Shown: positions 13,297 through 26,422 of the stretch, piece after piece
How the letters are laid out: each line of letters opens with the position of its first letter
How positions within the stretch are numbered: position 1 is the first letter of the stretch
From: Paramecium tetraurelia
Lineage: Eukaryota
DNA: 64,000 bases
Direction: 5' to 3'
NCBI GenBank assembly: GCA_000165425.1
Contig: CT867993.1
Coordinates: 186,001-250,000 of the forward strand
Notes under the pieces: generated by a model
What the model saw: only the letters and a program-made list of their open reading frames with translations
Database searches by the model: none
What the model was told of the DNA's origin: nothing
Position numbers and translations under genes: made by a program

Positions 13297-14545
13297 TTTC
13301 AATATAAGTGAATAGATTATAAAATTCACACTCCCTCTAAATCCTATTATAGCAATTTTGTAAAATTACAGGTAGATGTAAATGCCCTTTTTCCCTATTT
13401 ATGCTTAATTGTATATTAAAAGAAAATCAGAAATTTTCTAATCATAGGGATAATGATAAATGTAATAAAAGAATGATGTTAACAACCATGTTAAAATTCA
13501 TCATTTAGTACACTTTTATCATATAATCAAATTTGAGTCAATTATTATTATCCCTATTTTTATTTGCTTCATGTTTTTATATAAAATAATTCACTGAGAT
13601 CTTGATTCATCTTAATTAAGAAAAATATCATTTATCTTGTTCTTTTAGTATCCTCTGTTTATGTTAATATTATTTACTAATTTATAAGAAATTATTGGGA
13701 AAATTCTAAGCATTTAATCTTCAAACATTTTTGTTTGGTAGTTCAATGAATTAATAGGATTATCAGATTTATTATAAATAAAGGAAGTAATCAAAAAGAG
13801 AAAATGTTTCAATATTAATGAATTGATAGAAAAGTGATGTTGTGAATTATTTCAAAATAATAATGATAATTATTATTTAAAGAAGATAAAGAATGAGAAC
13901 AAAATACCTATTATCATTTTGATATCATGCAATTTTTAGAACTTGTATAAATATGTTAGTTTAATAGGAGAGGAGTAGATTATTCATTGATGAATATAAT
14001 TAGTATTTAGATTTTCATAAATGCATCAAGTTGGATATACATCAATCCATTAAGTAACCTCAATTTTTCAATAGGTTTATTATAATTGATTTAACAATGT
14101 CCAAAAATTTAATTTACCAATTTTTTCTTATTTATTAGTATTCTATTAGAATTTCAAATTTTCTTATTGTTTTTCATAGATGTCAATTTGATTATGTTTA
14201 CATTGAGTAATAACTAAATTGTAATGTTTATTATATTTTGACAAAATTTTAAACCCATTAACAGTCTTTTGTTGTTAATGAACACCAACGTAAGAGTTAT
14301 TAATATTGAATGTGCATTTCATGATTTATAATTAGAGTTGAATATATTCCGTAATTATCCATCTCTTTTTTGAGAGAGACTTCTACATATAATTATTTTG
14401 AAGACATTATTTTTAGTGAACCTCTGTTAATGAGTTCTTATTCAGTTGATTTTGATTCATCTAATAGAGACAATTTATTGTATTAGGCTTTTATGAAATT
14501 GAGAATTAATAAAATATAATAAATAGTAAAAAAGATAACTGAAAG

Positions 14546-17500
14546 ATGGCTACAGCACTAGTATCTGCAGGATAATCAATAAGTAAAATGCTTTCATTTA
14601 CAGGTTTAGTTGGAACTTATGTACAACAAGATATAGAGACAAGATTACAATAAGAAGTGTACAAAAAGTAAATAAGAGTGAGGGAATTCTTCACAGATTT
14701 TGATCGTCTCCGTAAAGGTTGGGTAACAGAAGATAAGGTATTATTGATTCAATAACAATAAGTTTCGTTCTGCTTTGTCGATGATAAATTTCCACTTTAC
14801 TAGGGATGAAATCGAGGAAATTATAAGAAGATATAAACTCAATGATGGATTAGTCTAGTACACAACATTCTGTAACAAGCTTGAAGAGCAATTCTTAAAT
14901 AGTGAGGCTAAAGCTTAAGTGTTTTAGGCCCCCCAAGTATGAATAATAGACTAATTGTAGATCTTCAATAAGGATGAGGAAGACACCGTAAAGAGATTGA
15001 TGTTGGCAATAAAAAGGAAAATAGCAACAAAACGAATATTTTTGAAATAGCCATTCCAGGATTTTGATAGAACTGCCTGCTCCCATATCACCATAGATCA
15101 ATTTTCAAGAGTGCTCAATTAATTAGGATTACTACCTAAGGATCAATATTTGTAATTGCTTATCAGATAATACATTGATAATGGAAATCCTAAGGAAGTC
15201 AATTATGGTTAAATTTTGTGACGATGTTGATAATGTCCAAGAAATGCTCAGTGGTGTTATCACTGGTATTAAGCATAATCCAAAAGAAGTATTACTCATT
15301 GATTATGTAGGTTCATCCTGATGATGATTTCATTGAAGACAAAGAAGGACTTGATTTGATTTCTACTTTGTTTACTTCCAAGAAATTAACTGATAACATC
15401 AACACCTTGGAATAGGTATTGAAGAAGATTTAAGGAGATGTAGTTATGAAGAGAATCAGAATCAGGGAGTTCTACAAGGACTTCGATTCCTTGAGAAAAG
15501 GATTAGTTACTGAATCTCAAGTATGCTATGATTATTGATGTTAGTTTGCTAGAATATTGCACCTTCAAAACATTCCTGTTACTGAAAAGGAAATATCCAT
15601 ACTATTGAATCACTATAAAATTGACAGCATTCCAAATGGTCAGGTAGATTACAATCAATTCTGTGAAGATGTCGATAAGATTTTCACTATTAAGGGAATC
15701 GATAAGTCTCCTTAAGCCTAAGTTCCTTAGATTGATGATACAACTACACTACCAGCTAGAAGGAGATATTTATAAATGACAGAGTAAGAAGCCATTTAAT
15801 TGGATGAATTATTGATGAAATATAAACAAGCCATTCAAAATAAACGATGTTCTCTTGAAACCAGTCTTTGAAGACTTTGATAAGACTAAGTAAGGGTACA
15901 TCACTACAAATCAATTCTTAAGAATTCTTAATTAATTCAACTTATTCCCAGACCCCTGTTTACATTGAATTTACTATTGAAAAGATTTGTTGATAAAGCC
16001 AATTTAAATGAAGTCAATTACTATGATTTTTGTAGAATAGTTGATCAATCTGATGAAGGTGTTGCTATAAGTAGATCTCATGCAGACGCATTCAAAAACT
16101 ATGTTAAGTCAGACAATGTTAGTTAAGCATTCATCAGAAATGATTAACCAAATGATTTTGAAGATCTTATGGCTAAATTAAGAAGAATAGTTAAGGAATA
16201 GAGACAAAGAGTTGCAGAATTCCTTAAAGATTTCGACAAATTAAGAAGTGGAACCATTACTGTCACTCAATTAAGAAAAGGATTAAGCATGGCCAAGATT
16301 CTATTATCTGATGCTGAATTCCAATTGATTCTATAGAACTTTGGATGCAAAGACAAACCAAACTTTGTATATTGGAAAGATTTCACTGATTAAGTTGATT
16401 AAGTATTCACAACTAAGAATCTTGAAAAAGTCAGTCCTTCAGAAGATGTTCCTCTGATGTCAACTCAATATAATTACGGTAGAGTGTCAATTACAGAGAG
16501 AGATCGATAAGTCGCTGAAGTTGTCAAGAAGAAATTTTAATATTTCTGTAAGGCTACTAGATTGGATATCAAATAGTTTTTCTAAGATTGGGATAAATTG
16601 GGTAGAAACAAAGTGTCTCCTAAGTAATTCAGATAAACCTTGGCCACTGTCAATTTCATTTTATCTGATGAAGAATTCTAAGCAGTTGTTAAAATATATG
16701 CTGCTGAAGATGATGGAGATATTAGATATGTTTAGTTTATAAATGATACTCAACCTCCCTTGGAAATGTAAACTGAGTCAGGAGCATCTCAGGCATATGT
16801 GGGAGTAAAACCTAAAGAAAAAGAAAAAGTATATATAATTATTATGTTAAATTAATTAGTTACAACCTTCTGTACTCTTAGAATAAATTAAAGTGGCTGT
16901 TAAGATCAAAAGATTAAGATTGGGTGATTATTTCAAGGATTTTGATCCTCTACGAAAAGGATTGATGCCTACTAATAAATTTAGAGGAGTGTTGAGTCAA
17001 ATGAAGATAGATTTGGATCAAGAGAGTTTAGACCTATTAGAAACCATGTATGTTGTGCCAGAAGATCCCATTAGAGTTAATTATGCTAAATTCATAGAGG
17101 ATGTTGAAATTGTATTTACTAAATCTGTAAGAATCTATATTTACCAATTTAACAAAGGGATTGGATAAAGATCCGTTGATGAAACCTCCTGTCCATGTTA
17201 TTCCAACCTTCCTTGATCCCAGAGATGCCTTGACTTCAGAGGAAGAGGAAGCCTTACATGCTATTATGTTGAGATTAGGGGAAGTCGTTAAAAAACACAG
17301 AATCCTACTCAAACCTCACTTCTAAGATAAAGTAATGTATTTCATTCACATTTTATAGGACAAAACTAAATCTGGAAAGATTACTTTTACTCGATTTAGA
17401 TCTATTATGGATTTTCATAAATTGCCATTAACTGATGATTAATTTAGAGTCATTTGCAAAAGGTAACCAATTATATTTTATAACCTATAGATTTGCTTAC

Positions 17501-17569
17501 TAGGGCATTGAATTCAATTATGTGGAATTTGATGAAATTTTAAAGAAATACGAGAATTTTTATCAATGA
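14546..17569 (+). CDS. Eight-repeat EF-hand protein, CFAP115-like (three apparent frameshifts in this sequence)
   Basis: Eight units of the type R-x-R/L-x-x-x-F-x-D-F-D-x-x-x-x-G-x-I/V-T-x-x-Q/K-F, e.g. VREFFTDFDRLRKGWVTEDKF and LGDYFKDFDPLRKGLMPTNKF, arranged as four A/B pairs. Frame breaks near 15207, 15848 and 15955. Confidence 0.8.
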
Positions 17570-17606
17570 ATTATAAACACAAAAATCATATCTATTAATA
17601 AATTTT

Positions 17607-18313
17607 ATGTAAATTTTTAAGAATTCTAAATTTTTCTTTGGAACACTCAAAGCTCACACTTTACCAGCCCTTAAGTATGGATACAGTGATCTTGAACCAG
17701 TTTTGAGTGCAACACTTCTTGAATTCCATCATTCCAAACATCATTAAGCTTATATCAATAATCTTAATGCTGCATAGGAGTAATTGGAGGATGCCTTAAC
17801 AAAGAATGATGTCTAGAAGATTGCCACTCTACAAGGCACCATCAAATTCAATTTGGGAGGCCATTTGAACCATAGTGTTGTTTTGGGAGAACTTGTATTC
17901 ATATTTAACTTATAATGCAGGACCCCAATTAAGAATGGAGGAGGACAATTACCTCATGGAAACAGTGCTCTAGTCTAAGAAATCAATAAAAATTGGGGAA
18001 GTGTTGACAACTTCAAGACATTCTTCAACACTAGAACTGCTGCAATTCAAGGCAGTGGATGGGGATTCTTGGGAGTTGATTAGCAATCAAAGAAATTGAG
18101 ATATTTGGAACTTCCCAATTAAGAAATTCCATAAAACTATGGTCTTACACCAATCTTAAGTAAAGATTCACACTTATACGATTAGCAATCGATGTTTGGG
18201 AACATGCCTATTGGTGGGATTACAAGAATGTGAGACCAAACTTCTTGGCTAATGTATGGAAAATCGTTAATTGGAAGGATGTAGAAGCAAGATATAATCA
18301 AGCTTAAAAATGA
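17607..18313 (+). CDS. SOD2: Mitochondrial manganese superoxide dismutase (one apparent +1 frameshift near 17877)
   Basis: [63 protein letters not shown]; short basic presequence; two introns. Confidence 0.93.
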
Positions 18314-18794
18314 ATTAAGAATCATAACATCCATTTATTAAAGTATTTTTAGATTATCTAATAACTTCTTTATTATGTATGTTTCTAAACGAGGGTAGAG
18401 AGATCATTCTGTTCAGTATAATCGGGAAACCTTATCGTTAACTATCGATCTCTTTTATTGAGCAATCCTTGATATTGCTCTTACAATTTCTGCTATTGCA
18501 TCATTCTATGAGATCCAAACGGAAATATTGATTATACTTCTCAACCATACAACTATATATATTATTCTGCTTGATAAAATTCTTCTTATATGTTGACGAT
18601 TGATATACTGTCATCAAAGAGTATATGATTTAACAAACATAAAGTAATTATCCTTATTAATATATGAATAATATTGTAATATATTAAGAGTAATGTGGCT
18701 CTAATTGATTTTATATGGAGTTGCGCATCAATAAGTTTCATTAACAATTTTTTGTTGTTTTATTAATTAATAAAATAACATTTTTATTTTCAAA

Positions 18795-21114
18795 ATGTTA
18801 CATCTTGATATTGAAGTGCAGACTATCCAATTTTTCATTGGCTCCTCACTCGATTCATGTTCTATTAGATTAAACGATTGTATTTATAGTGTGAAATCTT
18901 AGCCTCCTCCACTACTGTCTTGGAATCGAAAGTCAGATGCAAATCCAAAGAGATTCAAGAAATTTGGGAGAAAATTGAGTTAAATGTGTAATATGTTGAG
19001 AAAGGCAATGTATTGGATTATTGCATATTTTTATAGTTGAAACTCTTCTTTTATGAAGGGACATCCATTTTTGGAGAGGCGACCATTAATTTAGGGTTTT
19101 ATATTGAGAACAATCTTCCTCTTATCATTGACAAAATTACAATACAAAATAAATTCGATTCAGAAGCATAAGTTTAAATGAGTCTCGCATGGAATTAGTT
19201 GGATTAGGTGCAACCCAAATAAAATCGGTAAGTAAGTCCTTTGAGAGACCAACCACCTTCTTAGAGACCAATTGGGTAATAAAAGAAACCAGCTGATGAA
19301 CTTCATTTTGATAAGAGAACTGTTCATGCCACATACACATAATGGAAAGATCACTAAGAAATGGTGAAGGAATAATATGTCAAGAGATTGAAGGAACCCA
19401 TCAAAAAAGGACAATTAGAAGATGAAAAACTTGAAGAAGTTCGTAAACCTGAAGTTCGAATCATGAGTCCTCGCAGATTCCAAACTCCCAAGGATTATAA
19501 ACCTCTAAATAAGTAATAAATTTAAAAATCAACTGGAGGATTTGACAATCTAAAAATCTCAAATAACAATCAATTGGATTTCAGATAAATCAACAAGGAC
19601 TTACAGAACAACTCAAATAACAGAGCTCCATCTAAAAGTCCCAATCGTTATGATTCAAGAACGAAAACAAGAAATGAAATCTTATCTGCTACTTCACCCA
19701 TCGAATAGAGTGAAATCCTCAAAGGATCTACCAAACCCAAACCATTGCCTAAGAAAGGAGAATTCTAAGAGAATTTTGGGACCAGACCAACCTAATTGGA
19801 AGGAGGTTTGACCATGTCCAGCAAGTAATTGGATACAGAAGGAGATTCCAGTTAATGGAGATAATAATTGTCCTAGTTATAATAAGAGAATTCTCAATTA
19901 AAAAATTAAATTTAAAAACTAACTAATGAAAATTAGAGTTTAAAAGATCAATAAATCAAAAGTGAAGCTGCCTTTAATTTGTTATCAGAAACTTACAGCA
20001 ATCTAAGGAACGAGTATCAAAGAATCTAGGTGAAGAGCTTTAATAATAGTTCAAGTCATTCCTTATTAACAAGCAAGGAAACGGATCATTTGAAAAGAGA
20101 ATTAGATCAAAAATCTAAAGAAATTGAATTCTACAAAAAAGAGGCTGAATTATGGAAAAAGGATTTGGAAGTTACTAAAAGAGAAAATGCCTAAATTAAA
20201 AAAGAAGCAGAACAGCAAAAGAGAGAATTCGAAAATAGATCTTATGATTTCGAAAACCAAAAAAGAGATAACGAGAACAAAAAGAGAGAAATAGAATATC
20301 TAGAAAAGGAGTTGTAAAGAGCTCAATAAGCTATTTAATTGATCCAAAATGAAAGTTTTAGGAATTCCTCTTAACTATCAGGACAAAGTGGCAATTAGGA
20401 AATTCTAGAGCAAATGAAAAATCTAATTAAAACGAGGCAAATTGAAGTGGACAGTAAGAATGAAGAAATTAAGTAAAATAAGATTAGAATAGCTTATTTA
20501 GAGAAGGAATTGTAAGAGAAAGGCAGACGTTCTTAGGATTAATGCGATCAAATTAAGAATCTAAGTTCTTAGTTGGAATAAGAGAATGATCAATTGAAAT
20601 AACAATTAATTGAAAAGAATGTTGAATTGAAATCAAAGTAAATATGAATCATAGAACATAGAAATTAAGAGATTGAGAGATTAATGGCTTAGAATAATTT
20701 AATCCTGCAATCTCCTGATATTTAGAATACAGATTAAGCTAAATTATTAAATGAATACTTAGCAAAGACAGCTGCTTTGAAATAGGAGAATGAAAGTTTA
20801 AGTAAATATAGTATTTATATAAAAATAGTCTTGTAAAGTAAAAAAGATTAAGTTGAAATTGAGAGTTTACAAAACTAGGTTGAAATAAACAAGGTAACCA
20901 CATAATATATAATAATTGACAGAAAATTGTTGTACTAAGTGATTAGCGCCATCAAACTCTCGAGCATTAAATATTGGAATTAGAAAAAGCTGTCGTTGGA
21001 GGAAAATAAAATATGGCAGATGTGATCAATGCTGTAATGGAATGCGGTGGTCCTCAGTTGGCTGAGGAGGTGGAGAGATTCTTGATTACTAGAAGGAGTA
21101 CCAAAATCGGTTGA
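18795..21114 (+). CDS. N-terminal C2 (NT-C2-like) domain protein with long C-terminal coiled coil
   Basis: Spliced N-terminus includes IWEKIELNV...LKLFFYEGTSIFGEATINLGFYIEN, then a low-complexity linker and E/K/Q coiled coil; ends EVERFLITRRSTKIG*. Confidence 0.65.
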
Positions 21115-21569
21115 TATATACCATTTTTATTAAAATTATTAAATTATAAAAATTGAAAAAAAAAAAAATAAAAAAAATTTATTATTACTTTTTTTGTAAA
21201 AATTCCTTTTTTAAAATTCTGCTTCAAATTTGAATTATCGATAGAAACCGAAAAATTTCTCAAGATTATCATTTAATAAGGATTGAAAAGTGTTTTTAAA
21301 AGTGAATTCTCTGCAGTAAGTCTTAAATCGATCGAAATTAATCATAATTTGAACTGCTCTAGTAGGCAGAATTTTGAAATTATTTGATGTTTAAAATACC
21401 TTGTGAGGAAGAGCATGTGCACAATTATCTATTTGACAATTAAAGTAGAGCAATATTATTATCCAAAATGTAATCAAATAAACCAATGAAATTAACGAAA
21501 TTTTTATAATTCGAATTCAAAGCTTAAGAGAAAAAACCTTAATAATAAAAATAAGAAAACATAATTAAA

Positions 21570-21877
21570 ATGGCAAAAGCAGCAACTAAAGGAAACAAAG
21601 GAGCAAAGAAGACAGCCCCCCCAAGTCAAATATTTAATTAATTGTAGAAGCTACCAAGCATGTCAAGAAAGTTACTAAAAAACCAACTGAAACAACTCCA
21701 GCACCAGCCCCAGTCACCACTACTCCATCTGTTCCAGCAACCGCAACACCAGTCGCTGCCTCTACACCCAAAAAGCAAGGCAAGAAAGTAGCCTAAAAGC
21801 CAAAGGGTAATAGTAATAAAAAGGGACCAGCCAAGAAAAACACTAAAAAGGCCCCCAAGAAACAAGTTAAGAAATGA
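21570..21877 (+). CDS. 94-aa Lys/Ala/Pro/Thr-rich basic protein, histone H1-like without globular domain
   Basis: One 23-nt intron (21625-21647). Product MAKAATKGNKGAKKTAPPKATKHVKKVTKKPTETTPAPAPVTTTPSVPATATPVAASTPKKQGKKVAQKPKGNSNKKGPAKKNTKKAPKKQVKK has 27 Lys, one acidic residue and a TPKK site. Confidence 0.7.
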
Positions 21878-22753
21878 TTAGTTATTTAAGAATTAATCAA
21901 TTAATTAGATTTAATTTTACTTTCTCCTCCTTGCCTCCTTTGCAATATTATTTTCTTATCAACTCCATCCTAAAAAATTTTATTTTAACAAATAAAAAAA
22001 TCAAAAACTAAAAAAAAACATACAGAAATCATTCATATTCAAAGAATTGAAAAGAATGTGACTTACTATCATCAATAGCAATAACTGGAGTGAAGGTTTC
22101 TCGGAAAAGGGAAGTATTCAAGATCCCAGATCCTAGTATATGATTTCAATATTGTATATTTAAACATCAAAGAATCAAAAATTCTAGATTCAGGTTTAGA
22201 GCGATGTCTGTCCATCTTGAATGATTTAAACACTAAAGGAGATGTTTGATTATGAAGAAATAATAGAAGTTTAATGAGAAGCAATATATCCTTTCTAATA
22301 GTAATTAAAAATGGTTTTATACAAATAAATAAATATTATTGGATATATATTTTATGAAAATTAATACTCTTGATTAAATCTTTTACTAATAGTTTCTTTA
22401 CTGCATAAGATCTCATTTTAGTACATATGCTCATGGAAATTTATAATGATATCTTTTGATTAAATATTTTAACTCCAATCATAATTTTCATGTTGAATCA
22501 TTATTCTCCTAATATTAACTAGATTTTCAAAGCCAGAGTTTGTCAAATACTTGTGATTGCGAATCTATAATAATTAACTCTTCTTTTAATGTAATCTTTA
22601 GTCCTTAAAAGACTCAAGTGTTATGTTTTTATTCCTGCAGAGATGATAATTAGGATTTTAAAATTAGATATAATATAGACATTTAAGATATTTTTTATTT
22701 AAGCAGTTCATATCTTAAATTATATGGAATAATTGTATAATTATTATTAAATA

Positions 22754-23751
22754 ATGAGCAACTTTAGTAATAAAAAAGGTTTAACAAATTATTCTTATTT
22801 AGTTGGTAAATAAACAAGAGCTTAAAACAAGAAGTAGGCCGCAGCCCCTGTAATGTTGAAGAAGATGAAACTTATTTCGAAAAGCAAAGGGATATATAAG
22901 TTGGAAGTGGATGAAGCCTTTGTCCAATAACTATAGCAAGTTTAACAATTTTTGTCAGAATTAAACGACACTATGGTCGGTCCTGTAGAATAGAGTTAGG
23001 CAATGGCTCAAGAATCGAATCCCCAATTTGAGCAGTAAGAGGAGGAAGGGTCATCGTCTGCCTCAGAAGATAAAAGTGGTGCTCCAATGTCTCAACAACC
23101 ACAAGAGCAATAATCTCAATAACCCAACGAGGTCAAGGAAACGTAGGACTTTTATAGGTAAGATTATGAATCAAATTAAGACGTATACCTCATTTTTTTA
23201 TGGGGAGGTTCAAGAAATGGGCAAAGATTTTAAAAGAAGATGATGTTAGTTCATTTTTACATCAACTAAAGTCTAATAAGAAATCGAAACAGGGCAGATA
23301 TGAGTTGGGGGATTTTCATAAGTAATGATATAATTGAAATGAAAGATGTTTTTAGATTGACAAAAATGATAGCAATGATTAATAAAAGCAGAAGAAGAAA
23401 ATAAAAGAATTGTTTCTTGAATTTTTATAGAACGAGGCCGTCCTCCAGATCATCCAATATAACAAGATCACCAACCAGGATTAGAAGGTAGTCCAATGAT
23501 TGATCATATAGATTAAATACATAGATGTGATTCCGAATATGGTTTAGGAGATGTACAGTGATAAGCCATTTGATTAATTTTTGGCTCAGTAGAACATAGA
23601 GAAACAGATAAACAAAAAGAAGCAGTTGTTGACTGAGACCCAGGAAGTGAAGCAATAGCAGCATTAGCAACTCCCTTAACAAAAATAAGATCTATCTTTT
23701 GAGGAGCCCATGAAGCTAGCGCGAGAAGTATCATTTCAAAGCTAATTATGA
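22754..23751 (+). CDS. Hypothetical Q/E-rich protein
   Basis: ATG 22754, three small introns, conserved-looking block RIPHFFMGRFKKWAKILKEDDV, ends KLAREVSFQSQL*. Confidence 0.6.
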
Positions 23752-23774
23752 TGTTTAATGATTTATGTATAATA

Positions 23775-26422
23775 TCATTAAGGCAATGCTCCTCCAATTA
23801 ACTGTTGGGCTCCATTGAACAAGTTTATAGGGTTATTACCATCAGTGAAGATATAACCTTATAATCCCAATCCCTTGAGCAACTCAGCTTGCATTTCTGG
23901 TCCTGCATTGGCCATGGCAATAAGGGTATCTTGTCCTAAGGCTTCGATGATTTGCTCAAACTTATTGGATTCGATTGTAGCTAGTTCCTTGGCTCTTCTG
24001 ATTTCAAGTTCAGCCTTCTCTTGTTCATACTTGATGGTTTGATCTTGTTCCTTTTGCTTTTGTTTCAAAGCAGCTTCCTTTTCAATCTTATTGGCTCTTG
24101 CTCTCAATTGAGCCAATTCATATTCCTTTTGTGCTTTGATTTGTTCAGCCTTGGCAATGGCTTCAGCTTCTGCAATGGCAGATCCTTATTAAGTAACTTC
24201 TTGTGATTTGTTTTCCATTTCAAGCAATTTCTGTTTAGCAGCTTCAGCTTTGAGATCGTCTTCAATTCTCAATTAATCTAATTCACCCTAAGCTTATTGT
24301 TCTTGTTATTCAGCAACGTGTTAAGCAGCCTATTCCTATTTCTTGGTTGAAATTTCAATAGCCAAAGAAACAGATCTTTGAAGACTCTATCTAGTTTGGT
24401 TGTCCACTGGTTCGACTGTTTTGATATCTACATTAGTAATGACTAGATTATTCTTCACCATCAGATATTCCTTTCTGATTTTGCCATTTTCATCAGTACC
24501 GAAGATGGCTGTTCTGATGAGTTTGGCAGAGGTCTTATGGAATTTGTCGAAAACAACAGAGGCAACAGCAGCTCTGACTTTAGAAGCCATTTGATTACAG
24601 AGATCTCCAATGAAATCTTTGACTGCAAAGATCTGGGAGGCTGATTCAATGTTATTTTCATCTACCTTAAATCTCCAATTGTAAGCTAAGAGTAATTTCA
24701 AGACAGCATGATCGGATGTTTCAAACAGTGATTTCATCAGTGGAGAATTCTGGACCCATCATAACATGTAATGTATTGACAACACCAGGAGTCTTTGGTG
24801 TTTTACCAGACAAAGATAATTGAGTAAATACTTCATCTGGTTCTAAACATACCAAAGCAGGACCAAATACAATTCTTGTCTTCTTGGTCTTGTAATCATA
24901 GACCTACACTGATGTATTGAAGGGAGCTCTGTAACTAACAACCTTCCATTTGTCTCTCTTTCCACCTGTATGGAAATATTGAGATGACAACAATTATTCA
25001 ACGTTGTTTGGCAATTCCATAGACCATAATTCCTCATGGGATTTCAACATATAGGATTCACCAAAGACAGTTCTCACTTAACCTGTTCTTGTGTCTCTGA
25101 CATACACACCTTCATTCTTGTCAAGAGGAATTCTCTCTCTCTTCTCAATCACTTCCACTACAATGGGAGGTGTGTAGATGCATGGTCCATGAATCATCCA
25201 TTTATTACCTGGTTCATAGTCCACTTCAACTTCTTCAAATTAATTGTTCTTAGCCAACTTCTTCTCAGTGAATTTGCATTTCTCTTTTGCTCTCAAAAGC
25301 AATGCTTGATCCTCTGATAAGATGTAGGAATCTTGAATTCCATATTGCAAAGATTCATTGGGTCTAAGGAAAAAGCTTCTTGGACCTTCAACAAGCACTT
25401 TGGATCCAAATTTGTTTCTTTGAGTTTCAAAATCAAATGGATTCTCTATTATACAATATTGTCTTGGATCTAAAATGGTCAAATTTATCACAGTGACCAA
25501 TTCTTCAAACACATCCACTATGTGTGCAGATGTCTGTTCAGATGTTATCAAATATTCCTCTCCTGCCTTTCTCTCAATTGCTATTCATATTTACACATAT
25601 AAATTACAATAAACATCTTTGAAAGTCTGAATTGCTTTTAAATGCAATGCCTTGCGATTGTCCAAAATCTCAGCATCAATTATCTTGACAAACTCCTCAT
25701 AAACTTAAGGAAGATAGTATCCAGGTGTTCTAATCAACCACTGCTCTCCTGATTTTCTGACAACTCCATTAGAATCATTTTCTTCTTATTTTGCTCTGAT
25801 AAGAATTGCTTAATTCTCTTTAATTAGAATGGAATCGATTTATCCCAAGATCTTTTCCTCAATTCTTGGATAATAAGTGGCTGGACCTTTGAATAGGTAC
25901 TAGTCACCTGCCAAACTGTATTGTTGTTATTAAAATATGATACATATTATTTTCTCCCTATTTAAAGTTACGTTGTGCCTCTATTTTCAAGGCACTTCCT
26001 TCCTTTACAACTGTGAGCTTTTTAGGCTATTGAAGAAGGTTTTCTTTTGGGAAAAGGGGGAATGGAGTGCTGTACTGCTCGAAGAAACGAATCTCTCGTT
26101 CACCATGCAGAACGACAAATTGACTAAACATTAGAGGAATCTCATTACCCATATCGATCCTTAGTAGGCTAACCATCTTTATCCTTCACAATTGGGTTTT
26201 CAATGATGCAATAGTGTTGTTTTGGGAGCACAACCATTTTTTGAGGTTGTTAACCAGACGTAACCTTTGTTGCTATTTCATTATTACTTATTCATGGTCT
26301 TGACGAATAAAAGTTTACGGGCCTATCTCAACTCTAGTCACATTCGAATTGCAATCCAAGACATGTATGAATTAATATGGTAAAATTTTGTATGTGCTTG
26401 TCTATCCTTTGGCTTATGACAT
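23775..26422 (-). CDS. MVP: Major vault protein (one apparent +1 frameshift near 24723)
   Basis: Vault repeats ([49 protein letters not shown]), shoulder (ETSDHAVLKLLLAYNWRF...DFIGDLC...FDKFHKTSAKLIRTAIFG), cap helix ([30 protein letters not shown]). Confidence 0.95.

Noticed and set aside
18340..18620. Coding-like minus-strand fragment after SOD
   Set aside because: Frames are interrupted by TGA and there is no recognisable motif.
15200..24730. Euplotes-style programmed +1 frameshifting as a general explanation for the frame breaks
   Set aside because: The sites share no AAA-stop motif, TAR is sense in this code, and most fall in short homopolymers typical of sequencing error.
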